Positions 17,982 through 26,177 of a stretch of DNA of 45,108 nucleotides are shown piece by piece. The notes below the pieces were generated by a model, which was not told the DNA's origin, made no database searches, and saw only the letters and a program-made list of their open reading frames with translations. The stretch lies in UHGV virus genome UHGV-0324336, one strand, 5' to 3'. The stretch is from a virus. Both the position numbers and the translations under genes were made by a program. Position 1 is the first letter of the stretch, and every line of letters begins with the position of its first letter.

Positions 17982-18169
17982 ATCCAGTATTTGCACTTAT
18001 TCTGACGGTTTTTCTTGTTTCCGGAGAGCCAGTTGATATTGCAGTCAGTGTTCACAGAACAATGCAGGAATGTATGGCAGCAGCAACCGAACAGAAAATT
18101 CCAGGCAACTGTTATCCGGTCGATAAAGTTATTCACCAGGATAATAACGAAATCCCGGCAGGATTTTAA
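17978..18169 (+). CDS. ydfD: YdfD-like small membrane protein (63 aa)
   Basis: MNPVFALILTVFLVSGEPVDIA… with N-terminal TM; ATGA overlap with dicB stop. Confidence 0.7.
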   Translation: MNPVFALILTVFLVSGEPVDIAVSVHRTMQECMAAATEQKIPGNCYPVDKVIHQDNNEIPAGF

Positions 18170-18262
18170 AACAGCACCGTAATAAATATCCAGTTTCATT
18201 CTTATATGTCAGCAATGGCAGAGATTTGTTCACCCTTAAATCTGTGATGAGGTTTACCAATA

Positions 18263-20704
18263 ATGAGCACTGATAAAGAAGAATTTGCACTATATTGCGA
18301 AGCAAAAAATGACAAAGTAAGAAAACGCCTAGGAATTAAAGGTGGTTTTTACTGGACTACAGCAAAAAAATTATCTGTTGCAATCTCCCGCTGCATTACC
18401 GCAATGGATGACAACGATTATGATGAAGACGACTTTAAAAAACCCGTCCGCGTCAATTTGCCCGTTGTTGACGACCTTCCGCCAGAAGGCGTGTTTGATA
18501 CTGAATTCTGCAACCGCTATGAAAAAGGCGGGAAAGATGGCATCACAATGACATTTATCGGCCCTTCCCCCTCTGTTCAGGACAAACCAGCCAGCACTGA
18601 CAATACCAACATCAACGGCGAAGACATGACTGAGATTGAGGAGAGCATGCTTCTGCCTGTCTCCGGTCAGGAACTGCCCATTCGTTGGCTTGCTCAACAC
18701 GGCAGCGAAAAACCAGTAACGCACGTTTCACGCGACGAACTCCAGGCATTACACATTGCACGGGCTGAAGAACTACCGGCTGTTACTGCCCTGGCTATTT
18801 CGCATAAAACCAGTCTGCTCGACTCGCTGGAGATTCGCGACCTCCACAAACTGGTTCGTGACACTGACAAAGTTTTCCCTAATCCTGGTAATTCAGACCT
18901 GGGACTAATAACTGCTTTTTTCGAAGCATACCTGGACGCTGACTACACTGATCGGGGTCTGCTGACAAAAGAGTGGATGAAAGGAAATCGTGTTTCACGC
19001 ATCACCCGCACGGCTTCCGGTGCTAATGCTGGCGGTGGGAACAAAACCGATCGCAATCCGAATTTAGTACACACCCTCGACACACTGGATGTGGAGATTG
19101 CAGCAGCCACACTTCCGATGGATTTTAATATTTATGAAATTCCGGGCAGCGTTTATCGTCGCGCAAAAGAAGTAGTCCTGAACAAAGAAAGTCCGTTCAA
19201 AGAATGGTCCGCAGCACTTCGTGCAACCCCGGGTATTCTGGACTATTCCCGCGCCGCTATTTTTGCACTTATCCGAAGCGCACACCCTGAATTTTATCAC
19301 TACCCGGGACGCCTTCAGGGGTATATCAACGCCTATTTGACGGAAACTGATCACGAGAACCCCAGCAAGGAAACTCTCACAGCTGCCCGGCATACGCCGG
19401 AAAAAGATATCCTGGAAGAAATTAACCGCGAGGTGGTTACTGAGCGTGAAACAGAAGAAGAAAAACCACAACCATCTGACGCAATGGCAGGTGAACAGGC
19501 AACAACTGAAACAATGGAACCGGATACAACTGAACATGGCCAGAACGCGCAGTCGCTGGATGCTCAGTCGCAGGTGAGTTCCGCTAACCAAGTAAAAGTC
19601 ACCGCTGACGAAGTAAACAAAATTATGCAGGCAGCCAATATCAGCCAGCCTGACGCCGATAAGTTACTTGCTGTATCGCGTGGTGAATTTGTTGAGGGGA
19701 TTAGCGACCCTAATGATCCGAAATGGGTCAAGGGGATCCAGACTCGCGATTCTGTGAACCAGAACCAGCATGAATCGGAACGGAACGACCAAAAAGCGGA
19801 ACAAAACAGCCCAAATGCGTTACAAAACGAGCCAGAAACGAAACAATCCGAACCAGTAGCGCAACAGGAACCGGAAAAAGTCTGCACCGCCTGCGGTCAG
19901 AGCGGTGGCGGCAACTGCCCTGATTGTGGCGCGGTGATGGGCGACGCAACATACCAGGAAACATTCGATGAAGAGAATCAGGTTGAAGTTCAGGAAAATG
20001 ATCCGGAGGAAATGGAAGGCGCTGAACATCCACACAAGGAGAACCCTGGCGGCAATCAGCATCACGCCAGCGATAATAAAACTGGCGAGGCGACAGATCC
20101 CTTAATTAAGGTGAATGGTCATCATAAGCTCACATCCACCAGCAGAGCGGGGATTCATCTGATGATCGACCTTGAAACCATGGGAAAAAATCCCGATGCC
20201 CCAATTATCTCAATAGGCGCAATATTTTTCGATCCACAAACCGGAGATATGGGACCGGAATTTAGCAAGACCATCGATCTGGATACTGCTGGCGGAGTCA
20301 TTGATCGTGACGTCATTAAATGGTGGCTAAAGCAATCACGTGAAGCGCAGTCTGCCATTATGACCGATGAAATCCCGTTAGATGATGCACTACTGCAATT
20401 GCGGGAATTTATCGACGAAAACTCCGGTGAATTTTTTGTTCAGGTCTGGGGTAATGGGGCCAACTTCGACAACGTGATTTTACGCCGTTCATACGAACGA
20501 CAGGGTATCCCCTGCCCGTGGCGCTACTGCAACGATCGCGATGTACGCACAATCGTTGAGCTGGGGAAAGCCATAGACTTCGATGCCAGAACTGCTATCC
20601 CATTCGAAGGTGAGCGCCATAATGCACTTGATGACGCTCGTTACCAGGCAAAATACGTTTCAGCTATCTGGCAAAAACTGATCCCGAGTCAGGCTGATTT
20701 TTAA
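18263..20704 (+). CDS. RecE/YdfE-family protein with C-terminal DEDDh 3'-5' exonuclease domain (813 aa)
   Basis: C-terminal DnaQ-like motifs: DLETMG (Exo I), NGANFD (Exo II), HNALDDARY (Exo III); acidic low-complexity middle; CTACG…CPDCG zinc-ribbon-like element. Confidence 0.65.
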   Translation: MSTDKEEFALYCEAKNDKVRKRLGIKGGFYWTTAKKLSVAISRCITAMDDNDYDEDDFKKPVRVNLPVVDDLPPEGVFDTEFCNRYEKGGKDGITMTFIGPSPSVQDKPASTDNTNINGEDMTEIEESMLLPVSGQELPIRWLAQHGSEKPVTHVSRDELQALHIARAEELPAVTALAISHKTSLLDSLEIRDLHKLVRDTDKVFPNPGNSDLGLITAFFEAYLDADYTDRGLLTKEWMKGNRVSRITRTASGANAGGGNKTDRNPNLVHTLDTLDVEIAAATLPMDFNIYEIPGSVYRRAKEVVLNKESPFKEWSAALRATPGILDYSRAAIFALIRSAHPEFYHYPGRLQGYINAYLTETDHENPSKETLTAARHTPEKDILEEINREVVTERETEEEKPQPSDAMAGEQATTETMEPDTTEHGQNAQSLDAQSQVSSANQVKVTADEVNKIMQAANISQPDADKLLAVSRGEFVEGISDPNDPKWVKGIQTRDSVNQNQHESERNDQKAEQNSPNALQNEPETKQSEPVAQQEPEKVCTACGQSGGGNCPDCGAVMGDATYQETFDEENQVEVQENDPEEMEGAEHPHKENPGGNQHHASDNKTGEATDPLIKVNGHHKLTSTSRAGIHLMIDLETMGKNPDAPIISIGAIFFDPQTGDMGPEFSKTIDLDTAGGVIDRDVIKWWLKQSREAQSAIMTDEIPLDDALLQLREFIDENSGEFFVQVWGNGANFDNVILRRSYERQGIPCPWRYCNDRDVRTIVELGKAIDFDARTAIPFEGERHNALDDARYQAKYVSAIWQKLIPSQADF

Positions 20705-20762
20705 TGTTCAACCCTAATTGCCGCTAACCGTATATAGTTAGCGGCGGTTATGAGATATAGCT

Positions 20763-20966
20763 ATGAGCAGCTTATTTTTAACCGAAGATGAATTGCTAAT
20801 ATTAACGGGCTGCAAATATGCAAGCCACCAGCGAAAATGGCTAATGGAAAACGGGCTTCCGTTCTATACCAATCGTAGTGGCAAACCGATTGTCAGCCGG
20901 AATCTATTTACCTGCAATAAAACTTTACCACCACGCGAGGTAGAGCCGAATTTTGGTGCGATCTGA
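20763..20966 (+). CDS. DUF4224-like small protein in excisionase position
   Basis: 67 aa MSSLFLTEDELLILTGCKYASHQRKWLMENGLPF…; stop overlaps int ATG (TGATG). Confidence 0.5.
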   Translation: MSSLFLTEDELLILTGCKYASHQRKWLMENGLPFYTNRSGKPIVSRNLFTCNKTLPPREVEPNFGAI

Positions 20967-21289
20967 TGGGAAGACGAAGGAAAAATCCTGAACACGAAAA
21001 ATTACCTCCAAATGTATACCCAAATAAATATAGTTATGTATGGAAACCAACATCCAGAGAATCTGTCACACTAACCGCCATCAAGGATGGTTTAGCTGCT
21101 TTATGGAAAAAGTATGAGGAAACTGTAAATAATCGCGATCGTGCAATGACATTCGGTCGCTTGTGGGAAAAATTCCTCGCCAGCGCCTATTACAGTGACC
21201 TTAGACCGATGATACAGAGTCGAAAAATCAAAGAGTTAAAAATTTTTCTTGGAATAAATGTCTTAAAATCGTACACGAAAAATCAATGA
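20966..21289 (+). pseudogene. int: integrase N-terminal fragment (arm-binding domain only; truncated tyrosine recombinase)
   Basis: MGRRRKNPEHEKLPPNVY… aligns with lambda Int N-terminus (MGRRRSHERRDLPPNLY…) but ORF stops after 107 aa; no catalytic domain (R..HxxR..Y) in any frame before the next gene. Confidence 0.75.
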
Positions 21290-21513
21290 ATTACATAACA
21301 TTAAAGAAGAATATTCCAAGCCTTCTTGAGTCTACCACCTGTTTTCAGGTGTCATTCAGACGTGATTTGCCCCAGATTGGGAAAGCACGCTTTTTTCTCA
21401 GCTTATTCCATTTTGCCTGTGTGTTGAATAATTCCACTGCAGTTATATAAAATCGGTAACGGCTGGAAATAATTCAATACTCGTACTATCGAAAGTTAAC
21501 CAGCCAGCCGCAG

Positions 21514-21552
21514 TATCCTATCATGACAAGTTACTGCGGCTTTTTACTTTTT
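21514..21552 (+). terminator. hairpin plus T-rich tract at int/tail-fibre junction
   Basis: AGCCGCAGTA-(14 nt)-TACTGCGGCT followed by TTTTTACTTTTTA on + strand. Confidence 0.35.
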
Positions 21553-21556
21553 ATAT

Positions 21557-21859
21557 TTAACGGATCAACATCCAGATCAGCAGACACGCCACCACCGGCA
21601 CAGCAAAATCCATCAGGCTTGCCACATCCCACGCGCGCGGATCAAAACCGCCCCACCACGGCATATTCATACGCTTGCCATGCCCGAACATTTCAATCCA
21701 GCGATATTCTGCCTGGGTGTGTTCACGCGCAATGAAGAACGTACAACCGGCTATCGCCCCGTAAGCCCAGTTCCCGGTAAAAAGACCAATCAGTAGCTGC
21801 GCAGCCACAGCACAAAGCGCATGAAGGAAAGGTGTTATATCCATTTTCATCCTACCCAA
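21557..21859 (-). CDS. small integral membrane protein downstream of tail-fibre genes (function unknown; exclusion candidate)
   Basis: 100 aa with several hydrophobic segments; 27 nt after the preceding fibre gene, last gene before the int fragment. Confidence 0.5.
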   Translation of the reverse strand: MGRMKMDITPFLHALCAVAAQLLIGLFTGNWAYGAIAGCTFFIAREHTQAEYRWIEMFGHGKRMNMPWWGGFDPRAWDVASLMDFAVPVVACLLIWMLIR

Positions 21860-21886
21860 TAAAACGGGGCGCTCGGCCCCTTAATA

Positions 21887-22927
21887 TTATTTAGACGCAA
21901 GCGCCGCCTCAATTGCAGATAATCTTTGTCTTAATTCTGCGTTTTCTTCTTCCAGTGCTGTTATTCTGTCGTCTGACTCTCTGGCTACCTGAACAAGCAA
22001 GCCAGTAATACCAGAATAATCTACTGTGTAATAACGTTCACCTTCTTCACCTTCCGATCCGCTTGCACCGTCCTGATATTTCATTGCGGAACCTACAACT
22101 TCCGGGATTGCTTCCAGAGCTTCCTGTGCAATGACACCAGCATAGGGCATACCGTTTTCTTTAAGCGTGTATGTATAGCCGTTCATTTTACGGATGCGGT
22201 CGGTTGCATTATCGATCACCTGAATGTTGTCTTTCAGATCCCGGTCGGAATGCTGGTTAAATGCGGTGGCATGACATGCACCATTAACGCTTAACATATA
22301 GGTGTTATCGGTATTTTTCTGCGCATAGAACATATAAGCGCCACCATCAACACCGACTTCATAAACAACAGGACGGCTGGAGTTGCCCCACAATCGAGCA
22401 GTAACACCAGCATAAGCGGTTCCCCGTGTGTTTAATGTCATGGTTGACCCATGATTGGCATATTTGATCTGTAATGTGTCGGTGTAATCAAATTTAATAA
22501 GCGCGTTACTTCCACGCTTGCTGTATGACATAAGGCAGTTACCCATTTTGAGGTATCCGCTGTCACCGGGAAAAATCATCGTACCGCCATAAAGGTTGGT
22601 AAAGTCCCAGCAAATGTTTGTCCCGTTATCGTTCAGGTTAAGGCGCGCCATTGCGTTACCTGGACTGTCTATCCATTTTTTGAGGTATAGTTCGCAATAC
22701 GCATCCTCAACACCTGCCGTCCTGTGAGTTGAGCGGAGTTTTCTCCCAAATATAGCTCCGCTAGTTGGCAATACCTGCTGATACCATGAAGCAGACCAGT
22801 CACCAACGATTTCATCTTTGCTGTCTACATATAATTTTGTTGCGTAGCTTCCTTGATCGTTTTTTAATTTGCTAACGTCGGATTTTAGCGTTTTGATGTC
22901 ATCAGGAATTACTGTCGATGTAGCCAT
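21887..22927 (-). CDS. tail fibre/spike-like protein with C-terminal S74 intramolecular-chaperone autoprotease domain
   Basis: C-terminal S-D-R-D-L-K-D-N-I motif (Ser-Lys dyad of endosialidase-type chaperone domains), then coiled-coil tail ITALEEENAELRQRL. Confidence 0.65.
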   Translation of the reverse strand: MATSTVIPDDIKTLKSDVSKLKNDQGSYATKLYVDSKDEIVGDWSASWYQQVLPTSGAIFGRKLRSTHRTAGVEDAYCELYLKKWIDSPGNAMARLNLNDNGTNICWDFTNLYGGTMIFPGDSGYLKMGNCLMSYSKRGSNALIKFDYTDTLQIKYANHGSTMTLNTRGTAYAGVTARLWGNSSRPVVYEVGVDGGAYMFYAQKNTDNTYMLSVNGACHATAFNQHSDRDLKDNIQVIDNATDRIRKMNGYTYTLKENGMPYAGVIAQEALEAIPEVVGSAMKYQDGASGSEGEEGERYYTVDYSGITGLLVQVARESDDRITALEEENAELRQRLSAIEAALASK

Positions 22928-22936
22928 TTTTCTTCC

Positions 22937-23218
22937 TCACATCCAGCCACGAAGTTGATGCTCAACAGCAACCACGTATTCATCGAATAATGACGATATT
23001 TGCGAATCATTAATGATGCGCACGTTTACAAAATATCCGTCTTCCTTAACACATACCGGTTCGCCATCTTCAGTCAGTTCTCCGGTTTCTTTGTACACGT
23101 TACCTATCACGTCAATAAGAATATCATCCTGCATCGACTCGTCATCATAATAGCCAATACTCTCCATAAAGGCCGAAAAGTCGGCCCTGTCGGCAAATTT
23201 GAGTGTTAAATCTTTCAT
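22937..23218 (-). CDS. small acidic protein translationally coupled to stf (possible fibre assembly factor)
   Basis: 93 aa; start overlaps stf stop (TAATG); 9-nt gap to next fibre gene; not lambda Tfa. Confidence 0.45.
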   Translation of the reverse strand: MKDLTLKFADRADFSAFMESIGYYDDESMQDDILIDVIGNVYKETGELTEDGEPVCVKEDGYFVNVRIINDSQISSLFDEYVVAVEHQLRGWM

Positions 23219-25452
23219 TAGATTGACTCCCCCACCTGAGCATCAGTCAATGCCTTGTGCCATATTCTGAAATTCCTGACATGACCAAATAAATGACGTA
23301 ACCCGGCTGTAGTCTGACCTCCAATACGGATAATTGCGGTGTTCTGAATACAGGACCATGTGGTTTTTGTTTCGCTGGATATATGCCCGTTACTTACTGA
23401 GCACGTAGACTGCTCTGACTTTACACGCATCCCCATAACCATTTTTTCAAGCGATGCGTTTTCGTTTACCCGTCTGCTAGCTCCTCCAATATCGCAATAA
23501 GGAAATCCGTCGTAATCTGTTGAACGACCGAAGCCAAGAATAATAGCCGCTCCGGTTTGATGACCGCCGGTATCAAAAACACGTGGCGCTGCATTTGGCG
23601 TTTTATACCAGTTCTTATGTACCTCACAAAGAACCGTAAAAGGAAGATTATAAAGATTATTCTTAATTGGAACTGTAACTATATCGCTTGCGCGGGTCGC
23701 CGCCGTCGCTCCTGATATAATAAAAGATGATACACAAGGCCCATCTTCTACTTGTGGGGTGGCCAGATAAATATAGTCACCAGATACGGTTGCCCCGCTC
23801 TGCTTAGGAGAATACTGTATCTGAGAGCCTATTTTTAACTCCCCATCAATTGCCTGAATTGTTGCCTCTGCAAAAATCCATCCGGTAGCTTCGTCCTTTC
23901 TGACTCTCGCTGTAATCCTTGAGGCAGCACCGCCTGTCATATTAATTTCAAGCGTTTGTGTATCAATATACGCATCACCAAGAAAAGTTGTTGCGCTACC
24001 GTCATATTTATCAAACCGGATACGCAACCTTACCTGCAGTTCTGTTTTAAAACGACATGAGGTTGTCACGTGTTTATTATCGCCTGAGACATCAACTGAC
24101 TTTGTTGCAGCAATTGATGCCATATTAATGGCTGAGGTTTGCCCAATCAGAGAATCGTTGCAGACAAACTTTCCATAGGTAAAACCAAAATTATCCGTCC
24201 CTGTTTCGGGCACATCCATATTTGACGATCGCCCCCAACTGGCAGGGCTTTCCGAATTGAGCATGTAGTTTGTTCTTTGCCCCTCAATAAGCAGGCCATC
24301 ACGTTCAAATCGTGGCTCGTCAATGGCAGCCTCTGTCAGCACACCAGATTTATTAATATAGGTTGCTTTCGATGCACGTTTAAACTTAACAATCTTGTCG
24401 CCAGGCATCGTTATTTCGTCGTCACCAATAACAATCTTTTTATATGATGGCGAAAAGCCCGTAATCATATCCAGTGAATCGTTAAACGGTATCCACACAT
24501 CAGGCAGCGGCTGTAAGACATATTTATACGGATCTGCTGCCTGGCTTGCATACTCTCTGGCTGCGTCTTCACTTGCTTTTGCAGCGGTCTGGCTTGCAGC
24601 GGATGCTTTCGCCGAGTTGGCCGCCGCAGTTTCGCTGGCTTTGGCATTCGTTTCGCTGGTCTTCGCTGCCGTCTGGCTGGACTTTGCGTTAGTTTCACTC
24701 GTCTTCGCAGCTTTCTGGCTGTTAGCCGCAGCAGTTGCTGATCCAGCTGCTGAAGTCGCAGAACCGGCTGCCGCGCTCTCGCTTTGGGCTGCTGCAACCT
24801 GGCTGTTTTTTGCCGCAGTTTCACTGGCTTTGGCATTCGTTTCGCTGGTTTTCGCTGCCGTCTGGCTGGACTTTGCGTTGGTTTCGCTCGTCTTTGCGGC
24901 TGTCTCGCTATTTTTCGCGTTGGTTTCTGATTTTTTGGCTGCTGTCGCGGAGTTTTCTGATGCAGTCTGTGAGGTCGCTGCCGCCTGTGCACTATTAGCT
25001 GCATTCGTTTCTGAGGTTTTCGCCGCGTTCTTCGATGATGCCGCTGCAGTTTCGGATTTCTTTGCCGCCGCTGCGCTCTGAGAGGCGGCTTCGGCGTTGC
25101 GTGCCGCTTCTTCCACCATTTCCTCAAAACGACGCAATGCCTCCGGCATGACATCATCTTCCGTCATGGCACCGAGAAAATCATTCAGCGTACCTGGTCT
25201 GGAACCTTCATAGACGGTAATGGTTCCGGCATGTGAAGGCGGAAAACCTTCAACAAGCAGGATAACGCTGTACTGGCCATACTCAACATCCATGCTGTAA
25301 CGCCCGGCTTCATCCGGATTTTCAGAGGCCACCGTGTTCACCAGTACCGTGGTGCTGTTACGCTTTGCCTTCAGTTGAATAGTGCAGTTCTGTATTGGTT
25401 TTCCCGCACCATCTTTCAGCACACCTGAGATTTTTACTGCTGCCATATCCAC
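23218..25452 (-). CDS. stf: side tail fibre Stf (lambda-like N-terminus, non-lambda C-terminal LamG/ConA-like lectin domain)
   Basis: N-terminus MAVKISGVLKDGAGKPIQNCTIQLKA… matches lambda Stf; Ala/Ser/Thr-rich helical repeats; C-terminal …LFGHVRNFRIWHKALTDAQV typical of LamG-type domains. Confidence 0.8.
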   Translation of the reverse strand: MDMAAVKISGVLKDGAGKPIQNCTIQLKAKRNSTTVLVNTVASENPDEAGRYSMDVEYGQYSVILLVEGFPPSHAGTITVYEGSRPGTLNDFLGAMTEDDVMPEALRRFEEMVEEAARNAEAASQSAAAAKKSETAAASSKNAAKTSETNAANSAQAAATSQTASENSATAAKKSETNAKNSETAAKTSETNAKSSQTAAKTSETNAKASETAAKNSQVAAAQSESAAAGSATSAAGSATAAANSQKAAKTSETNAKSSQTAAKTSETNAKASETAAANSAKASAASQTAAKASEDAAREYASQAADPYKYVLQPLPDVWIPFNDSLDMITGFSPSYKKIVIGDDEITMPGDKIVKFKRASKATYINKSGVLTEAAIDEPRFERDGLLIEGQRTNYMLNSESPASWGRSSNMDVPETGTDNFGFTYGKFVCNDSLIGQTSAINMASIAATKSVDVSGDNKHVTTSCRFKTELQVRLRIRFDKYDGSATTFLGDAYIDTQTLEINMTGGAASRITARVRKDEATGWIFAEATIQAIDGELKIGSQIQYSPKQSGATVSGDYIYLATPQVEDGPCVSSFIISGATAATRASDIVTVPIKNNLYNLPFTVLCEVHKNWYKTPNAAPRVFDTGGHQTGAAIILGFGRSTDYDGFPYCDIGGASRRVNENASLEKMVMGMRVKSEQSTCSVSNGHISSETKTTWSCIQNTAIIRIGGQTTAGLRHLFGHVRNFRIWHKALTDAQVGESI
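24623..24900. repeat. two ~89-bp near-identical direct repeats 189 bp apart inside stf
   Basis: GCCGCAGTTTCGCTGGCTTTGGCATTCGTTTCGCTGG… at 24623-24711 and 24812-24900; encode repeated AAKTSETNAKxS units. Confidence 0.7.
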
Positions 25453-25510
25453 TCCACAAAAAAGCCCGCCTGAACCGGCGGGCTGTCATAACACTGTGTT
25501 ACCTGGCTAA

Positions 25511-26110
25511 TCAGAATTTATAACCGACACCCACGATGAAACCGTCAGTGCGCCAGTCACCACTGCCGGAACCTTCATAAGCAAGGTCAATGGCCACGGA
25601 TTCGGTCGGGTTAAACTGCACGCCAGCCCCCCACGCCAGAGACGTGTTGCTGTGGCGACCGTCATCACTTCCGGTCAGCACATCGTGCGTTTTCCCCTTG
25701 TTGTCAGTTACGCGGAGATAATCCCCGGAGAAGGTCGACACACGGCTGTAAGCCATACCCGCCATCGCATAAGCACTGAACCATTCATTCACGCGTACAG
25801 ATGGCCCCGCCATCATGCTGAACCAGCGGTTACGCACGGAATCTTCATGCCAGCGGGTATCGCTGTAATGCGTTTTTTGCTCATCTTTGGCATTGGCATA
25901 ACTGAATGACGTCACCAGCCCCAGCGTGTCCGTAAATTCATAACGGTATTTCACGTTAATGCCCTTCAGGTCATCACTGCCTGGCATATCAGTATGGGTC
26001 TGAAGATACCCGGCGCTTAGTGTGGACTGATGCTCTGCTGCGCTCGCTGGCGTACCAGCGGCAACCAGCCAGACTACTGCGGACAGAATAACAGCACATA
26101 ATTTACGCAT
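25511..26110 (-). CDS. lom: Lom outer-membrane protein (Ail/PagC family)
   Basis: Signal peptide then beta-barrel OMP sequence ending …GVGYKF; position after J as in lambda. Confidence 0.85.
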   Translation of the reverse strand: MRKLCAVILSAVVWLVAAGTPASAAEHQSTLSAGYLQTHTDMPGSDDLKGINVKYRYEFTDTLGLVTSFSYANAKDEQKTHYSDTRWHEDSVRNRWFSMMAGPSVRVNEWFSAYAMAGMAYSRVSTFSGDYLRVTDNKGKTHDVLTGSDDGRHSNTSLAWGAGVQFNPTESVAIDLAYEGSGSGDWRTDGFIVGVGYKF

Positions 26111-26177
26111 AATTACCTCTCGCTTTTCTGCAATAAAAAAGGCGTCATTTCTGACGCCCGTATTGGGGTTATAAAAT

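Noticed and set aside
17654-18199. 181-aa minus-strand ORF
   Set aside because: Antisense to dicB/ydfD, which have strong identity support; Cys-rich junk-like translation.
19064-20065. Minus-strand ORFs of 81-175 aa
   Set aside because: Antisense to the RecE-family gene; Phe/Cys-rich frames typical of antisense to acidic coding sequence.
24395-25157. 228-aa (+) and 230-aa (-) Ala- or Arg/Gln-rich ORFs
   Set aside because: Alternative frames of the repetitive stf region; low-complexity translation of the same repeats.
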